A stretch of DNA of 64,000 bases from Nitrosopumilus sp. (GTDB lineage: Archaea; Thermoproteota; Nitrososphaeria; Nitrososphaerales; Nitrosopumilaceae), in assembly GCA_965205425.1 (NCBI GenBank), contig CBDBGZ010000005.1, positions 160,001-224,000 on the forward strand, read 5' to 3'. A program made the translations under genes and the position numbers. This document shows, piece by piece, positions 9,803 through 20,130 of the stretch; the stretch's first letter is position 1, and every line of letters begins with the position of its first letter. A model generated the notes under the pieces. The model made no database searches and had not been told where the DNA came from. It worked only from the letters and a program-made list of their open reading frames with translations.

Positions 9803-9885
9803 AATCCTGATCCGATTTATAACTCTGAAAATATGTAGGTGATTGGGTAAATCTTACCCTAGATTATTATGGAATATTTTATGAC

Positions 9886-9911
9886 CAGTAGATGGGAAAG
9901 TAACTCAAGTT
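9886..9911. repeat. orphan 26-bp ISH3 terminal stub
   Basis: CAGTAGATGGGAAAGTAACTCAAGTT, identical to 41911-41936, abutting a full element. Confidence 0.85.
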
Positions 9912-11231
9912 CAGTAGATGGGAAAGTACATCAAATTACACATTCTAGAAAATAATTATTTTTGTTATTTCTAAAGTAATGAATAATTATCTTTACAAAG
10001 AAATATTTGAGAATTTCAATTGATATTATTGGTTTGTAATTTTTTACATTGGTTTCTTCTGAGATAATCAAATTAGCAATTATCCATGCATTGTACAAAA
10101 TCAACGAATAGTAAAAATACAACAATCTTATGGATTGGTTTGAACTGGTGGTTTTTGGTCTGAACCTTCCCACACATGCATAGCCTGTTTCAATCCCCCA
10201 ACGTTTCTTGTAATCAGTTGGAATGTTTTGTATGTTATATGATATTTCTTTTGGTGAAACGTTTGTTGCAAACACAACATACTGATCAATAATATCTGAT
10301 TTTTTTCTTGCATTTTTGTTTGGCAGAATAACTAGATTAAATGATTCTACATGTCCTGATGATGATTTTATTGTGTATGGCGAGATTGACTTTCTATCTC
10401 CATTAACGTATTGTACAATTGCATCTTTGATTCGAGAATTCTTTTTTGCAGGCATTAGAAATTTTAAATTCTTTTGTTTTATTTCTGAAATTGTTCCAGC
10501 TGTGAAAAACTCCCTATCCACTAGCAATAGTTTAATCTTGATTCCATTATTGATGCCATCAGAGAGTAATTTACGCACAAAACCGGCATTTGATATGTTG
10601 TCATACAAAGGATAACAACCTAATTGAGCCCTGATTCTTTTTTCAACGCACTGCATGGTGCAGTAACTCTCAAAATGAGTAGTACTGTTTTTAGATTTTG
10701 ATTTTATTAAAGAATGATTTGGCAATTTGTCATATCTTGGGATTAGATGTTTGTCAATTGCCACAGTAACTGGTTGCTCCAATACTCCCAATTCTTGTAA
10801 TTTTGATATGGTACTATCCAGTGAACGATGTAATTGAATTTGCATTGTTTTTTGTGATATTTTTGATATGATTTTTCTCAACCATGAAACCAGTTGGAGA
10901 AGCATTATCTGATTCCATTGCCAGTCTCTTTAATCCAGATTCAGAATATGAATTTCCCAAACACAATGACATGACAGAATTGTGTGCATCAGCATTATGG
11001 AACCGTGAGTTATTTTTACTAGAGCATGGAAACAATAAGATATTGTACATTATTTTAGTGATAATCTCAAATGCTTTAGATAGTATCACGCCTTGGTGTG
11101 TCATGGTATCAAATGAAGTACAATGCATATTTGATGGAGTGACATACTTTCATCAAGCTTTTTCTATCTGAATAGATTGATTGAATAATTGATAGTTTTT
11201 GATCTAAATTGAGTTACTTTCCCATCTACTG
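9912..11231 (-). mobile_element. ISH3-family element, copy 1 (1320 bp)
   Basis: TIR CAGTAGATGGGAAAGTA; no target duplication. Confidence 0.9.
9931..11128 (-). CDS. ISH3-family transposase split over two frames (11128-10814 and 10905-9931)
   Basis: VAIDKH, LLVDREF, YKKRWGIETGY motifs; frame change near 10888. Confidence 0.8.
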
Positions 11232-11480
11232 AAAATGCGATTCTGGAAAGTATTATCTGATGAGCAGAGAAAATTTGAGAATATACTTTTTCATTATTGC
11301 TTGACTATATGTTGGGGATAAATAATTGATAAGCACCTAATTTATTTTTAGCCAGTATATGCCCAATGACTTTTAGAAATCTTGAAAAAACAAAAAATAA
11401 GGAACTCATTTCACATATTTGTATAAATTCCAAGATTAGGAAAATGACAGATTTTTATAAAATAATCATTTCTAAATTAT

Positions 11481-11600
11481 ATGGAAAAGAAAAAGGAAGA
11501 AAAAGAGGCATATGCCACAAATGACCCTACAGATACATCTGCAAAAGAGCAAGAGAATATGGCAAGAGAAGCAATTAAAAAATTCAAATCTTTAGGTTAA
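11481..11600 (+). CDS. 39-aa hypothetical microprotein
   Basis: MEKKKEEKEAYATNDPTDTSAKEQENMAREAIKKFKSLG*. Confidence 0.5.
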   Translation: MEKKKEEKEAYATNDPTDTSAKEQENMAREAIKKFKSLG

Positions 11601-11637
11601 GCCAAACTTTCATTAGCAATATCATTGTTAAGAAATT

Positions 11638-12459
11638 ATGGGATTATTTGGTTCCAAAGAAAATGTGGAGGATTTACTATACAATGCAATGTCATTAATG
11701 GAAAAAAATCAGCCAAAAGGGGCCATATCACTATTTAACAAAGTTCTAAAACAAGAACCAAAAAATACATCTGCATTATACAATAAAGGCCTAGCACTAA
11801 ACCAGATAAAAAAATACAGTGATGCAATCACTTGTTTTGATATTTTATTGGAAATAAATCCAAAAGATTCCCAAGCTTGGAATAACAGTGGAATTGCAAT
11901 GGCAGAAAATGGAAACATTCAAGCTGCAGCAATAGGATATGACAAAGCAATTGAATCTGACCCAAAAAATGCTTCAGCACATTTCAACAAAGGAGTATTA
12001 CTAGACAAGTTACAAGAATATGAAGAGGCGTTAATTTCATTAGAAAAAGCAATATCCATTGATCATAGGAAACCAAATGCCATGATTTACAAAGGAATTG
12101 TTCTAGGCAAAATGAAAAAGCATGAAGAGGCGTTGAATTGTTTTCAAAATGTTTGTAAAAAATACCCAGATAATCAAGATGCATTTTTTCAAAAAGGGGT
12201 CCAGTTGGCAGAATTAGGGCAACACAAAAAAGCACTTGATGTATTTGATGAGATTCTCAGAAAATTCAAAGACAATGTAAATGTCATTTATGCTAAATCA
12301 CGAAGCAAGGCCGCATTAGAGATGTATCCAGAAGCATTGGAATTGTTAAAACAGGCAGTTGCCAAAAACCCCAAAGTAATTCAGTCATGGGCAAAAGAAG
12401 AGCCCATATTTACCAAATTACACTCCAATGATCAATTCAAAAAACTTGTGAAACTATAA
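11638..12459 (+). CDS. tetratricopeptide repeat protein
   Basis: About 7 TPR units (ALYNKGLAL, AHFNKGVLL...). Confidence 0.92.
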   Translation: MGLFGSKENVEDLLYNAMSLMEKNQPKGAISLFNKVLKQEPKNTSALYNKGLALNQIKKYSDAITCFDILLEINPKDSQAWNNSGIAMAENGNIQAAAIGYDKAIESDPKNASAHFNKGVLLDKLQEYEEALISLEKAISIDHRKPNAMIYKGIVLGKMKKHEEALNCFQNVCKKYPDNQDAFFQKGVQLAELGQHKKALDVFDEILRKFKDNVNVIYAKSRSKAALEMYPEALELLKQAVAKNPKVIQSWAKEEPIFTKLHSNDQFKKLVKL

Positions 12460-12626
12460 CATCCTAGTCAGAAAACATTGGGCAAATTTCATACGTTAAT
12501 GTTATCAAAAATCTAGTTTGCATCATTGCAATCTAAAAGAAATCGTCATGAATGTAAATAAGGCAATTGCTAAACCATATGCAATTCTCTTTTGTCGATA
12601 TATTAGATAACCAATAGCAAACCCAC

Positions 12627-13625
12627 TTACACCATTATTAGATAAAATGAAGAATTAATGCACACAGCCTCCCCATTAATTTTTGTACCAAAAAACCATG
12701 TTTCGGCATTTATCATTACTATTAAAATTGTTAGACCACAGTGGCCTTGTAGAAACCATGATAAAATAACAAAATCTAATTTTCTAATCCTGTAAGCATT
12801 GTATGCAATTAACCTGTACAACATCTCATTGTCCTGAGTTGTAACATTTCTTGATGTGACATCTCCTGACATTATCTGTTTGATCACAAAAAAGATTGTT
12901 TCAGATTTGTTTCTCTGATGGTACAATTGTACAGGAAAGTTCCTCTTCATCTCCTTTCTGTGAATTCCGCTGGTTCTGTAAATTGGAACTGTTCCATATC
13001 GAGTTGGAATTATTGCAGCTGTGTTGATCTGTTCTGCACCAACATGATTATTCTCATCATCAAAACCCATGTCACCTAACACAATATCAACTGGAACAAT
13101 ATTGTTGGTTTTGTACAACAATGGCAGAAAATCAGGATTATCATGTTGCATGTTGTGGTGTGTCATGACACAGCAAACAAGCTGTGTATTCATGTCAGCA
13201 CAAACAACAACTTTTAGGAAATTCCTGCGTAACTGTACTCTTTTTGTATAATAGTATGATGCTGTACTGTAACTGAATCCGCTACCATCAATTCCAGCTA
13301 GAACCAGTCTGACTTTTTTGTACAAAATGAATTCCTGCAACATTTTATGTAACAGATTTCCTTCCAGTCTTGCAGCTGCCTTTTGTAGTGTGGTGTAATG
13401 TGGAATGGTAGACAAACCAAGATATTCCTGAATTCCTACACATTCTTCTAAAAATTCTGTAAATCTTCTATAACTCTTTGATTCGTACTGTCGTATTGCC
13501 AAGAGTATGAGATGTGTCCAAACAGAATAGATATGATTTGATTTTGGATGTAAGAACCTGGGAATTCTGCATCTGGTGATTATATTGAGTAGTGTTTTGC
13601 ACATTTTGACGTATGATGAGACCAT
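12627..13625 (-). CDS. IS5-family transposase reading into the flank
   Basis: Nearly identical to 7522-8421 up to SWFLQG, then a different tail. Confidence 0.9.
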   Translation of the reverse strand: MVSSYVKMCKTLLNIITRCRIPRFLHPKSNHIYSVWTHLILLAIRQYESKSYRRFTEFLEECVGIQEYLGLSTIPHYTTLQKAAARLEGNLLHKMLQEFILYKKVRLVLAGIDGSGFSYSTASYYYTKRVQLRRNFLKVVVCADMNTQLVCCVMTHHNMQHDNPDFLPLLYKTNNIVPVDIVLGDMGFDDENNHVGAEQINTAAIIPTRYGTVPIYRTSGIHRKEMKRNFPVQLYHQRNKSETIFFVIKQIMSGDVTSRNVTTQDNEMLYRLIAYNAYRIRKLDFVILSWFLQGHCGLTILIVMINAETWFFGTKINGEAVCINSSFYLIMV

Positions 13626-13713
13626 ACTGTAATCTGCAAATACAATCCTAATGGATCTAAATTAGCTAAAATGTATCACAATTGGGTTAAAATCAGATGG
13701 TTTCTACAAGGCC
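12743..13713 (-). mobile_element. IS5-family (IS903-group-like) element, copy 2 (971 bp)
   Basis: Same 17-bp TIRs, inverted relative to copy 1. Confidence 0.92.
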
Positions 13714-13778
13714 ATTTGATTTACTCTCCTTGACCTCTCCAAATATATTGATTCACTCCTCAACATTGTCGATAAGAT

Positions 13779-14042
13779 ATGACTGATGATGTTTGTGATT
13801 TTTGTAAAGGTGTAGGCTCTTCATCCACAAATGTTTGTGTTTATTGTAATGGAACTGGTGAATGGAATCAAGCAGCACAAGCATATGTGAAAAACCATAT
13901 TTGTCAATGTATTGTGCTTGATAGAAAATTTTGTCCTGTATGTAACAAAGCATGCCATCATGATACCTCTCTGAATCCAAAACAAACCATTGATCCTGGA
14001 TATGGAGGCATGTCTTCTCCTGAAATTATAGTTGGCGCATAA
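13779..14042 (+). CDS. small Cys-rich zinc-finger protein (CxxCxGxG repeats)
   Basis: CDFCKGVG, CVYCNGTG, further Cys/His. Confidence 0.8.
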   Translation: MTDDVCDFCKGVGSSSTNVCVYCNGTGEWNQAAQAYVKNHICQCIVLDRKFCPVCNKACHHDTSLNPKQTIDPGYGGMSSPEIIVGA

Positions 14043-14078
14043 AATCTAAAACTATCTTGTTATTATTCCAAGAAAATA

Positions 14079-15120
14079 TGTTCTTTCCAGAAATTATTTC
14101 GTGTCACTTTCATGAGTAATTCCTCCATAGAATGCTTGGGTCTATGAGTATTTCGTTTGTTATCATCTTGGAGTGATACGCATCAGATGGTGTCTCCATG
14201 TTATCCAAGTCTAGTGCGCCATGAACTCTAATGTGATTGTACCAATGCATAAACTGCTCCACTGACTCAAAGTATTCTATTTTACACTCAAAGATATCCC
14301 AGAACTTTTCTAGCTTACCATTTGTTTGTGGATGTCTCACTCTTGTACGAGAGTGCTTTACGTGATGTCTCATTAGTTGCTGCTCAAAGTCTACTGGCTT
14401 GTTATGATCAAGAGTATTGACATTTGATGTGAACTGTTTTCCATTATCAGATAGTACAGATGCTGGTCTACCGTGATTCTTTATTGCATCAGATAGTACT
14501 TCAGAAGAATTCACAGATGTTGCCTCATCATACACTCCGAAACCCGTGATAAATCGTGAGGCATCATCTTCAAATGCAATTAGTTGTTTTCCTGCCCAGC
14601 GTGAATCATGTATTGTGTGCCAGTCAGTATGCCACAGTGAATTTGAATATTCACGTTCATACCTGATCCACTTTCTTCTCATCTTTTTCCGTGGTTGCTC
14701 AACTGATAATCCTTCATCTAGCATAATCTTGTGGATGCGATTGTGGTTTATCTTGGTATTGTACAATTTTGATATGATTTTCTCAAGGTATAGTGCGTTT
14801 GTATGAAATTTTTCTTGAACTTGTTTGACTAGCTCTATCTCGTGTACAGTGACTGGCTTTTTTGGACGCCCTGGTCTTTTGAGTGTGGGAATCTTTTTGG
14901 TTTTTTTGTACTGAGAGTAGACTTGTTGTACTCTTCTAGGCGTTATCTTGAGGATTACTGAAATATCTAAATTCTTGACTTTTTCATTTTTAGATTGTAT
15001 AATCCACCTGATCTTATTCTCATCTAACTTTACCATAGGTATGCCACGATACCCACGCATACGATAGTATGGGAATGATGCTCTCCTAGTTAAGGGGTGA
15101 AATAATTTCCGGAAAAGATA
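14079..15120 (-). mobile_element. IS481-family element, copy 2 (1042 bp) with 16-bp flanking direct repeat
   Basis: TTATTCCAAGAAAATA at 14063-14078 and 15121-15136. Confidence 0.93.
14110..15036 (-). CDS. IS481-family transposase
   Basis: One amino-acid difference from copy 1 (SSAV vs SSEV). Confidence 0.92.
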   Translation of the reverse strand: MVKLDENKIRWIIQSKNEKVKNLDISVILKITPRRVQQVYSQYKKTKKIPTLKRPGRPKKPVTVHEIELVKQVQEKFHTNALYLEKIISKLYNTKINHNRIHKIMLDEGLSVEQPRKKMRRKWIRYEREYSNSLWHTDWHTIHDSRWAGKQLIAFEDDASRFITGFGVYDEATSVNSSEVLSDAIKNHGRPASVLSDNGKQFTSNVNTLDHNKPVDFEQQLMRHHVKHSRTRVRHPQTNGKLEKFWDIFECKIEYFESVEQFMHWYNHIRVHGALDLDNMETPSDAYHSKMITNEILIDPSILWRNYS

Positions 15121-15241
15121 TTATTCCAAGAAAATACTCACCCTTCTTATAGATGAGAATTGCTTCTAAATCATGTTTAATTATATTGCTATATCTATTG
15201 TTTCAATTATGAATTTCCAAAAAATTGAGGTAAGTTTCTAA

Positions 15242-16141
15242 ATGGACACTCCAGCTTGTGCACGTTGTGGGAAAAATTCTATTCTGTCTGACGAAGTTAC
15301 AGGTGAACAATTTTGTGGAAAATGTGGATATGTGATTGATGGTAAATCTCAAGAATCTGGCCCTGAATGGAGATCATTTCAAAAAGATGGTGGTGCAGAT
15401 CCTGCAAGAACTGGTGCTCCATCATCCTTGATGATACATGACATGGGATTATCCACTGTGATTAATCCTCTTAACAAAGATGCATCTGGAAAACCTCTAT
15501 CCACATCTATGAAAAGTACCATTGAGAGATTACGAACATGGGATAGTAGAAGTCAAGTTCATGCACCTGTTGATAGAAATCTGAGACAAGCACTTAGCGA
15601 TTTAAATAAATTAAAAGATAAAGTTGCAATTCCAGCTAACGTTTTGGAGAAAGCAGCTTACATTTACAGAAAAGCATTGGAGAAAAAATTGGTTCGTGGA
15701 AGATCTATCTCTGCAATGATAGCTGCATCGTTATACGCTGCATGTAGAGATACTGAAACTCCGAGAACTCTAAAAGATGTTGCAGATGCTGCTAATGTTA
15801 AACGAAAAGATATTGCAAGATGTTATAGATTGCTACATCACGAATTGGAATTAAAAATGCCTGTGGTAGATTCAATTCAATGTATTGCAAGAATATCTAG
15901 TAAGCTTGAGATATCTGAAAAGACTAAACGGTATGCAGTTAAAGTTCTAAAAGAGGCACAAGACCGCAAAGAATCTGCTGGAAAAGATCCTATGGGACTT
16001 GCAGCAACTGCACTTTACTTATCATGTGTTAAGAATGGTGTTTCTATTACTCAAAGAGATCTTGCAGAGGCTGCAGGTGTTACAGAAGTAACCATAAGAA
16101 ATCGCTACAAGGGATTGAAAGTAGAACAATCAATAAAATAA
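15242..16141 (+). CDS. tfb: transcription initiation factor IIB
   Basis: Zn ribbon, GPEWRSF, two cyclin folds, GKDPMGLAA, VTEVTIRNRY. Confidence 0.97.
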   Translation: MDTPACARCGKNSILSDEVTGEQFCGKCGYVIDGKSQESGPEWRSFQKDGGADPARTGAPSSLMIHDMGLSTVINPLNKDASGKPLSTSMKSTIERLRTWDSRSQVHAPVDRNLRQALSDLNKLKDKVAIPANVLEKAAYIYRKALEKKLVRGRSISAMIAASLYAACRDTETPRTLKDVADAANVKRKDIARCYRLLHHELELKMPVVDSIQCIARISSKLEISEKTKRYAVKVLKEAQDRKESAGKDPMGLAATALYLSCVKNGVSITQRDLAEAAGVTEVTIRNRYKGLKVEQSIK

Positions 16142-16259
16142 TTATTTATTCTGTCTTGCAATGTACACATGTGTCTACTGCGTGATTATGTCTTAAAATC
16201 ATCTATTAATTATTGTGCAATAGAAAATCTACTTAAAGTGTAACCAAAGTATCTCAAAT

Positions 16260-18761
16260 GTGGATGTAACTCCTAAAAATTACCAATTAACTTTTGAACC
16301 TAATTTGACAAAATTTACTTTTGCAGGTACTGAAATCATTACTGTTGATTGTAAAAAATCTACTAATCTTATCACTATGGATTGTGCAGAACTAAAAATC
16401 ATATCATGTACTGTAAAATATAAAGGAAAAACTATTCAATCTTCTACAAAAACTAATGAGAAAAAAGAAGAATTACAAATTAAACTATCTGAAAAAATTA
16501 AAGGGACAATTTCGATTGATCTAGAATTTCAAGGTATCTTAAATGATAGATTACTTGGATTCTATCGGAGTCAATATGTTCAGAATGGAAAGACCAAATA
16601 TCTTGCAACTACTCAATTTGAAGCAGCTGACGCTAGACGTGCTTTTCCTTGTTGGGATGAGCCTGCGGCTAAAGCCACATTTGAAATTTCTATAATTGCT
16701 GACAATAAATTTACTGCTGTTTCAAACATGCCAGTTAAATCAAAGAAAAAAATTGGTACCAAGACTCTTTACAATTTTTCCAAAACTCCTGTTGTTTCAA
16801 CATATTTGATTTATCTTGGTGTTGGAGAATTTGAATATCTTACAGGAAAGGTAGGAAAAATACAGATTAGAGTAATAACCACAAAGGGAAACAAATCCAA
16901 AGGAAAGTTCTCTTTAGAATTGGGAAAGAAATTACTCACTTCTTATGAAAAATATTTTGGAATAAAGTATCCATTACCTAAATTAGATTTGATTGCAGTT
17001 CCTGATTTTGCTGCAGGGGCAATGGAGAATTGGGGTGCAATTACGTTTAGAGAAACTATTTTACTATATGATCCTAAAACATCTTCTACTAGAACTAAAC
17101 AATTTATTGCAGAAGTAATTTCACATGAAATTGCACATCAATGGTTTGGAAATCTTGTAACCATGAAATGGTGGAATGATTTGTGGTTAAATGAAAGCTT
17201 TGCAACTTTCATGGCCACAAAATTTGTTGATAAATTTTACCCTGAATGGGATTTGTGGAATCAGTTCGTTGAAGATGCAATGAATGTTGCGATGGGACTT
17301 GATTCACTAAAAACAACTCACCCGATAGATGTTACAGTTAATTCCCCTGCTGAAATTAGAGAAATTTTTGATGCTATTTCTTATGATAAAGGTGGATGTG
17401 TATTGAGAATGCTAGAACATTATGTTGGAGAACCAAATTTCCAAAAAGGTTTGAAAAAATATCTTTCTGACTTCAAATATCAAAACGCTAAAGGACAAGA
17501 TTTGTGGAATGCGATTGGAAGAGCATCAAAAATGCCTGTCTCTTCCATGGTTAATACTTGGTTAAAACAGCCTGGATTTCCACTAGTTGAAATCACTCAA
17601 GATGGAAGTTCATTGAAACTAAAACAAAAAAGGTATTTGCTTGAATCCGATAAAAAATTCAGTAAGGGATTGTGGTCAATTCCACTATCTTTGGGTTTGG
17701 ACTCTGAAATATCCAAAAAATTGTTTACCAAGAAATCTATGAATGTGAAATTGCCAAAAAATACTATAGGTTTTGTTGCTAATTATGGGCGCAAAGGATT
17801 CTACCGTGTAAAATATGATGAAGGAATTTTACTTGATTTGAAAATGTTGGTGGATGAAAAACGTATTCCTGCAATAGATAGGTGGGCTATACAAAATGAT
17901 TTGTTTTCACTATGTGTTTCTGGGGATGAACAAGTAAGAAATTATCTTGATTTCTCTGATGCATATTTTGAAGAAGATAGTTACCTTGCATCTGTAAATG
18001 TTGCACATAATTTGGCATCATTATATTTCCGTTCATTTGACGAACCCTTTGCAGAAGAAATTCGTGGATATGCTGTGAATTACTTTAAAAAAATTTTATT
18101 TAATTTGGGATGGGATCCACAAAAATCTGATAAACATACTGATGCATTACTGCGTGGATTTGCAATTTCTGTATTAGGTAAAATGAGTGATGAAGACGTA
18201 ACTGAAGAAGCCCTTAGAAGATATAAAAAATTCTTAAAATCTCCTAGTTCAATTTCTCCTGACTTGGTAGAGCCAATTTGTTCTATTGCTGCATGGAATG
18301 GAAATTCTAAAACACACTCTGAACTAACTAAACTATACAAAACTGCAAAAACAATGGAAGAAAAACTTCGATTTTTAGGTGCACTGTGTGGTTTCAAAGA
18401 TAAAAAATTACTTTTAAAATCACTCGATTTTTCCCAAACCTCTCAAGTTCGCTCTCAAAATATGCAATTACCGATAATGAAAGTTGCAGCAAATCCATAC
18501 GGTGAAAAAGTTTTGTGGCCTTGGCTAAAGAAAAATTGGAAAAATATCAATAAAAAAGTTGGACATGGAAATCCTCTTTTTAACAGAATTGTTGCAAGTA
18601 TTACATCTGTAGCTGACGATTCTATGGAAAAAGAAATTAAAACATTTTTCAAAAAGAATCCTACTCCTGGTACGGAGCGAACTCAATCTCAAACTTTGGA
18701 GAGAATTAGAATAAATTCAAAATTTCTTAGACGTATGAGAAAAGAATTCAAAGATGGCTAA
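16260..18761 (+). CDS. M1-family aminopeptidase (PepN / tricorn-interacting-factor type)
   Basis: GAMENWG, HEIAHQW...NESFA, ERAP1-like C-terminus. Confidence 0.96.
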   Translation: MDVTPKNYQLTFEPNLTKFTFAGTEIITVDCKKSTNLITMDCAELKIISCTVKYKGKTIQSSTKTNEKKEELQIKLSEKIKGTISIDLEFQGILNDRLLGFYRSQYVQNGKTKYLATTQFEAADARRAFPCWDEPAAKATFEISIIADNKFTAVSNMPVKSKKKIGTKTLYNFSKTPVVSTYLIYLGVGEFEYLTGKVGKIQIRVITTKGNKSKGKFSLELGKKLLTSYEKYFGIKYPLPKLDLIAVPDFAAGAMENWGAITFRETILLYDPKTSSTRTKQFIAEVISHEIAHQWFGNLVTMKWWNDLWLNESFATFMATKFVDKFYPEWDLWNQFVEDAMNVAMGLDSLKTTHPIDVTVNSPAEIREIFDAISYDKGGCVLRMLEHYVGEPNFQKGLKKYLSDFKYQNAKGQDLWNAIGRASKMPVSSMVNTWLKQPGFPLVEITQDGSSLKLKQKRYLLESDKKFSKGLWSIPLSLGLDSEISKKLFTKKSMNVKLPKNTIGFVANYGRKGFYRVKYDEGILLDLKMLVDEKRIPAIDRWAIQNDLFSLCVSGDEQVRNYLDFSDAYFEEDSYLASVNVAHNLASLYFRSFDEPFAEEIRGYAVNYFKKILFNLGWDPQKSDKHTDALLRGFAISVLGKMSDEDVTEEALRRYKKFLKSPSSISPDLVEPICSIAAWNGNSKTHSELTKLYKTAKTMEEKLRFLGALCGFKDKKLLLKSLDFSQTSQVRSQNMQLPIMKVAANPYGEKVLWPWLKKNWKNINKKVGHGNPLFNRIVASITSVADDSMEKEIKTFFKKNPTPGTERTQSQTLERIRINSKFLRRMRKEFKDG

Positions 18762-19161
18762 AAAATTAGGCCCTCCAATATTCCTTGGAGTTTTTACTGT
18801 TATTGCACTTGTATTTTTAACCGGAGGTGCATCTGATGATAAGGATGTGTATAGAGAAACATTTCAAGTAGAAGCAATTTACTATGATACTGGACATGTT
18901 GAAGTTTCATATTTTGATAAATCCGAAAAAACAACAAACGTTGTTTTAGAAATTTTAGGAATGAATGAATCTTTCCAAAAATCATTTTCAAATTCCGAAT
19001 TTATAGAAATAGTTCCATTCCCTAATGTGCCAAAATATGGGTGGGAAGTTCATCCAATAGTTTTAGAAATTGATCATAAAGATTTTGGCCATATTCAATT
19101 AAAAACTGAAATCCATTCTATCGGAGATTCCCTCCCTCCTGTAATCTATTCAATACCTTAG
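18754..19161 (+). CDS. membrane-anchored hypothetical protein
   Basis: N-terminal TM; overlaps upstream stop. Confidence 0.75.
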   Translation: MAKKLGPPIFLGVFTVIALVFLTGGASDDKDVYRETFQVEAIYYDTGHVEVSYFDKSEKTTNVVLEILGMNESFQKSFSNSEFIEIVPFPNVPKYGWEVHPIVLEIDHKDFGHIQLKTEIHSIGDSLPPVIYSIP

Positions 19162-19206
19162 ATCGAACACAAGATTTTATTGCACCTCTAATTCATTTAC
19201 ATTATC

Positions 19207-20124
19207 TTGGATTTGCTTGTAGATCTAAAAAAAGGAAAACGAGGAGCAATTGCAAAAGCAATAACTATTGTTGAAAATGATCAAAAAGAATCAAAGAAAT
19301 TATTGAAAAAAATTTTCAAAGATAGTGGTAATTCTATGATTATTGGAATTACTGGTCCAGCTGGTGCAGGAAAAAGTTCTTTGATTAACAAAACCGCAAT
19401 TGCTATGAAAAAATTAGGCTCAAAACCTGCTGTCTTGGCAGTTGATCCTACTAGTCATGTAACTGGAGGTGCCATTTTAGGTGATAGAGTTAGAATGAGT
19501 GAATCTACTGATTCAGGAACATACATTCGAAGTATTGCATCTAGAGGTGCAACTGGGGCTGTATCTCGTTCATTACGAAATAGTATTCGTGTTTTAGAGT
19601 ATGCTGGATTTAATCCAATCATAATTGAAAGTGTTGGAGCTGGACAAACAGAAGTTGAAATTTCAAATATTGCAGACATTACAGTTGTTGTTTTTAATCC
19701 AAACACTGGAGATAGTATTCAAACTATCAAGGCTGGTTTAACTGAAATCGGTGATATCTACTTGGTTAACAAAAGTGACCTTAGTGGAACTAATCAATTG
19801 TTTGATGCTGTCCGTGATTTTATTGGAGATTCTGAGAGGAACCCTGTCATTCTTAAAACATCTGTGAAAAAAAATTCTGGAATTACTGTATTTGCCAAGA
19901 CTCTAAAAGATATGATGAAATCTAAAAAGAAACTAAAGGATGAAAAAGACCATGAACGACTTGAGACTGAACTAAAAGATATTGTTTTAAATAACATTAA
20001 AGAAAAAATTGATGACATGCTGATTTATGATAAATCATTTTCAAAATATCTTAAAAAATTACAATCCAAAAGTATTGATCCATATGACGCAGGAGACAAA
20101 ATCACAAAATCTTTGTTAAAGTGA
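19207..20124 (+). CDS. meaB: methylmalonyl-CoA mutase-associated GTPase MeaB/ArgK
   Basis: GPAGAGKSS, VDPTS, LGDRVRM, ESVGAGQ, NKSD. Confidence 0.95.
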   Translation: MDLLVDLKKGKRGAIAKAITIVENDQKESKKLLKKIFKDSGNSMIIGITGPAGAGKSSLINKTAIAMKKLGSKPAVLAVDPTSHVTGGAILGDRVRMSESTDSGTYIRSIASRGATGAVSRSLRNSIRVLEYAGFNPIIIESVGAGQTEVEISNIADITVVVFNPNTGDSIQTIKAGLTEIGDIYLVNKSDLSGTNQLFDAVRDFIGDSERNPVILKTSVKKNSGITVFAKTLKDMMKSKKKLKDEKDHERLETELKDIVLNNIKEKIDDMLIYDKSFSKYLKKLQSKSIDPYDAGDKITKSLLK

Positions 20125-20130
20125 GATATT

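Noticed and set aside
10884..11171. 95-aa antisense ORF repeated in each ISH3 copy (also 42883, 59472)
   Set aside because: Its recurrence follows from the element being repeated; it is antisense to the transposase N-terminus and has no recognisable motif.
4165..15120. Composite transposon bounded by the two IS481 copies
   Set aside because: Outer flanks do not match and copy 2 has its own direct repeat, so the insertions look independent.
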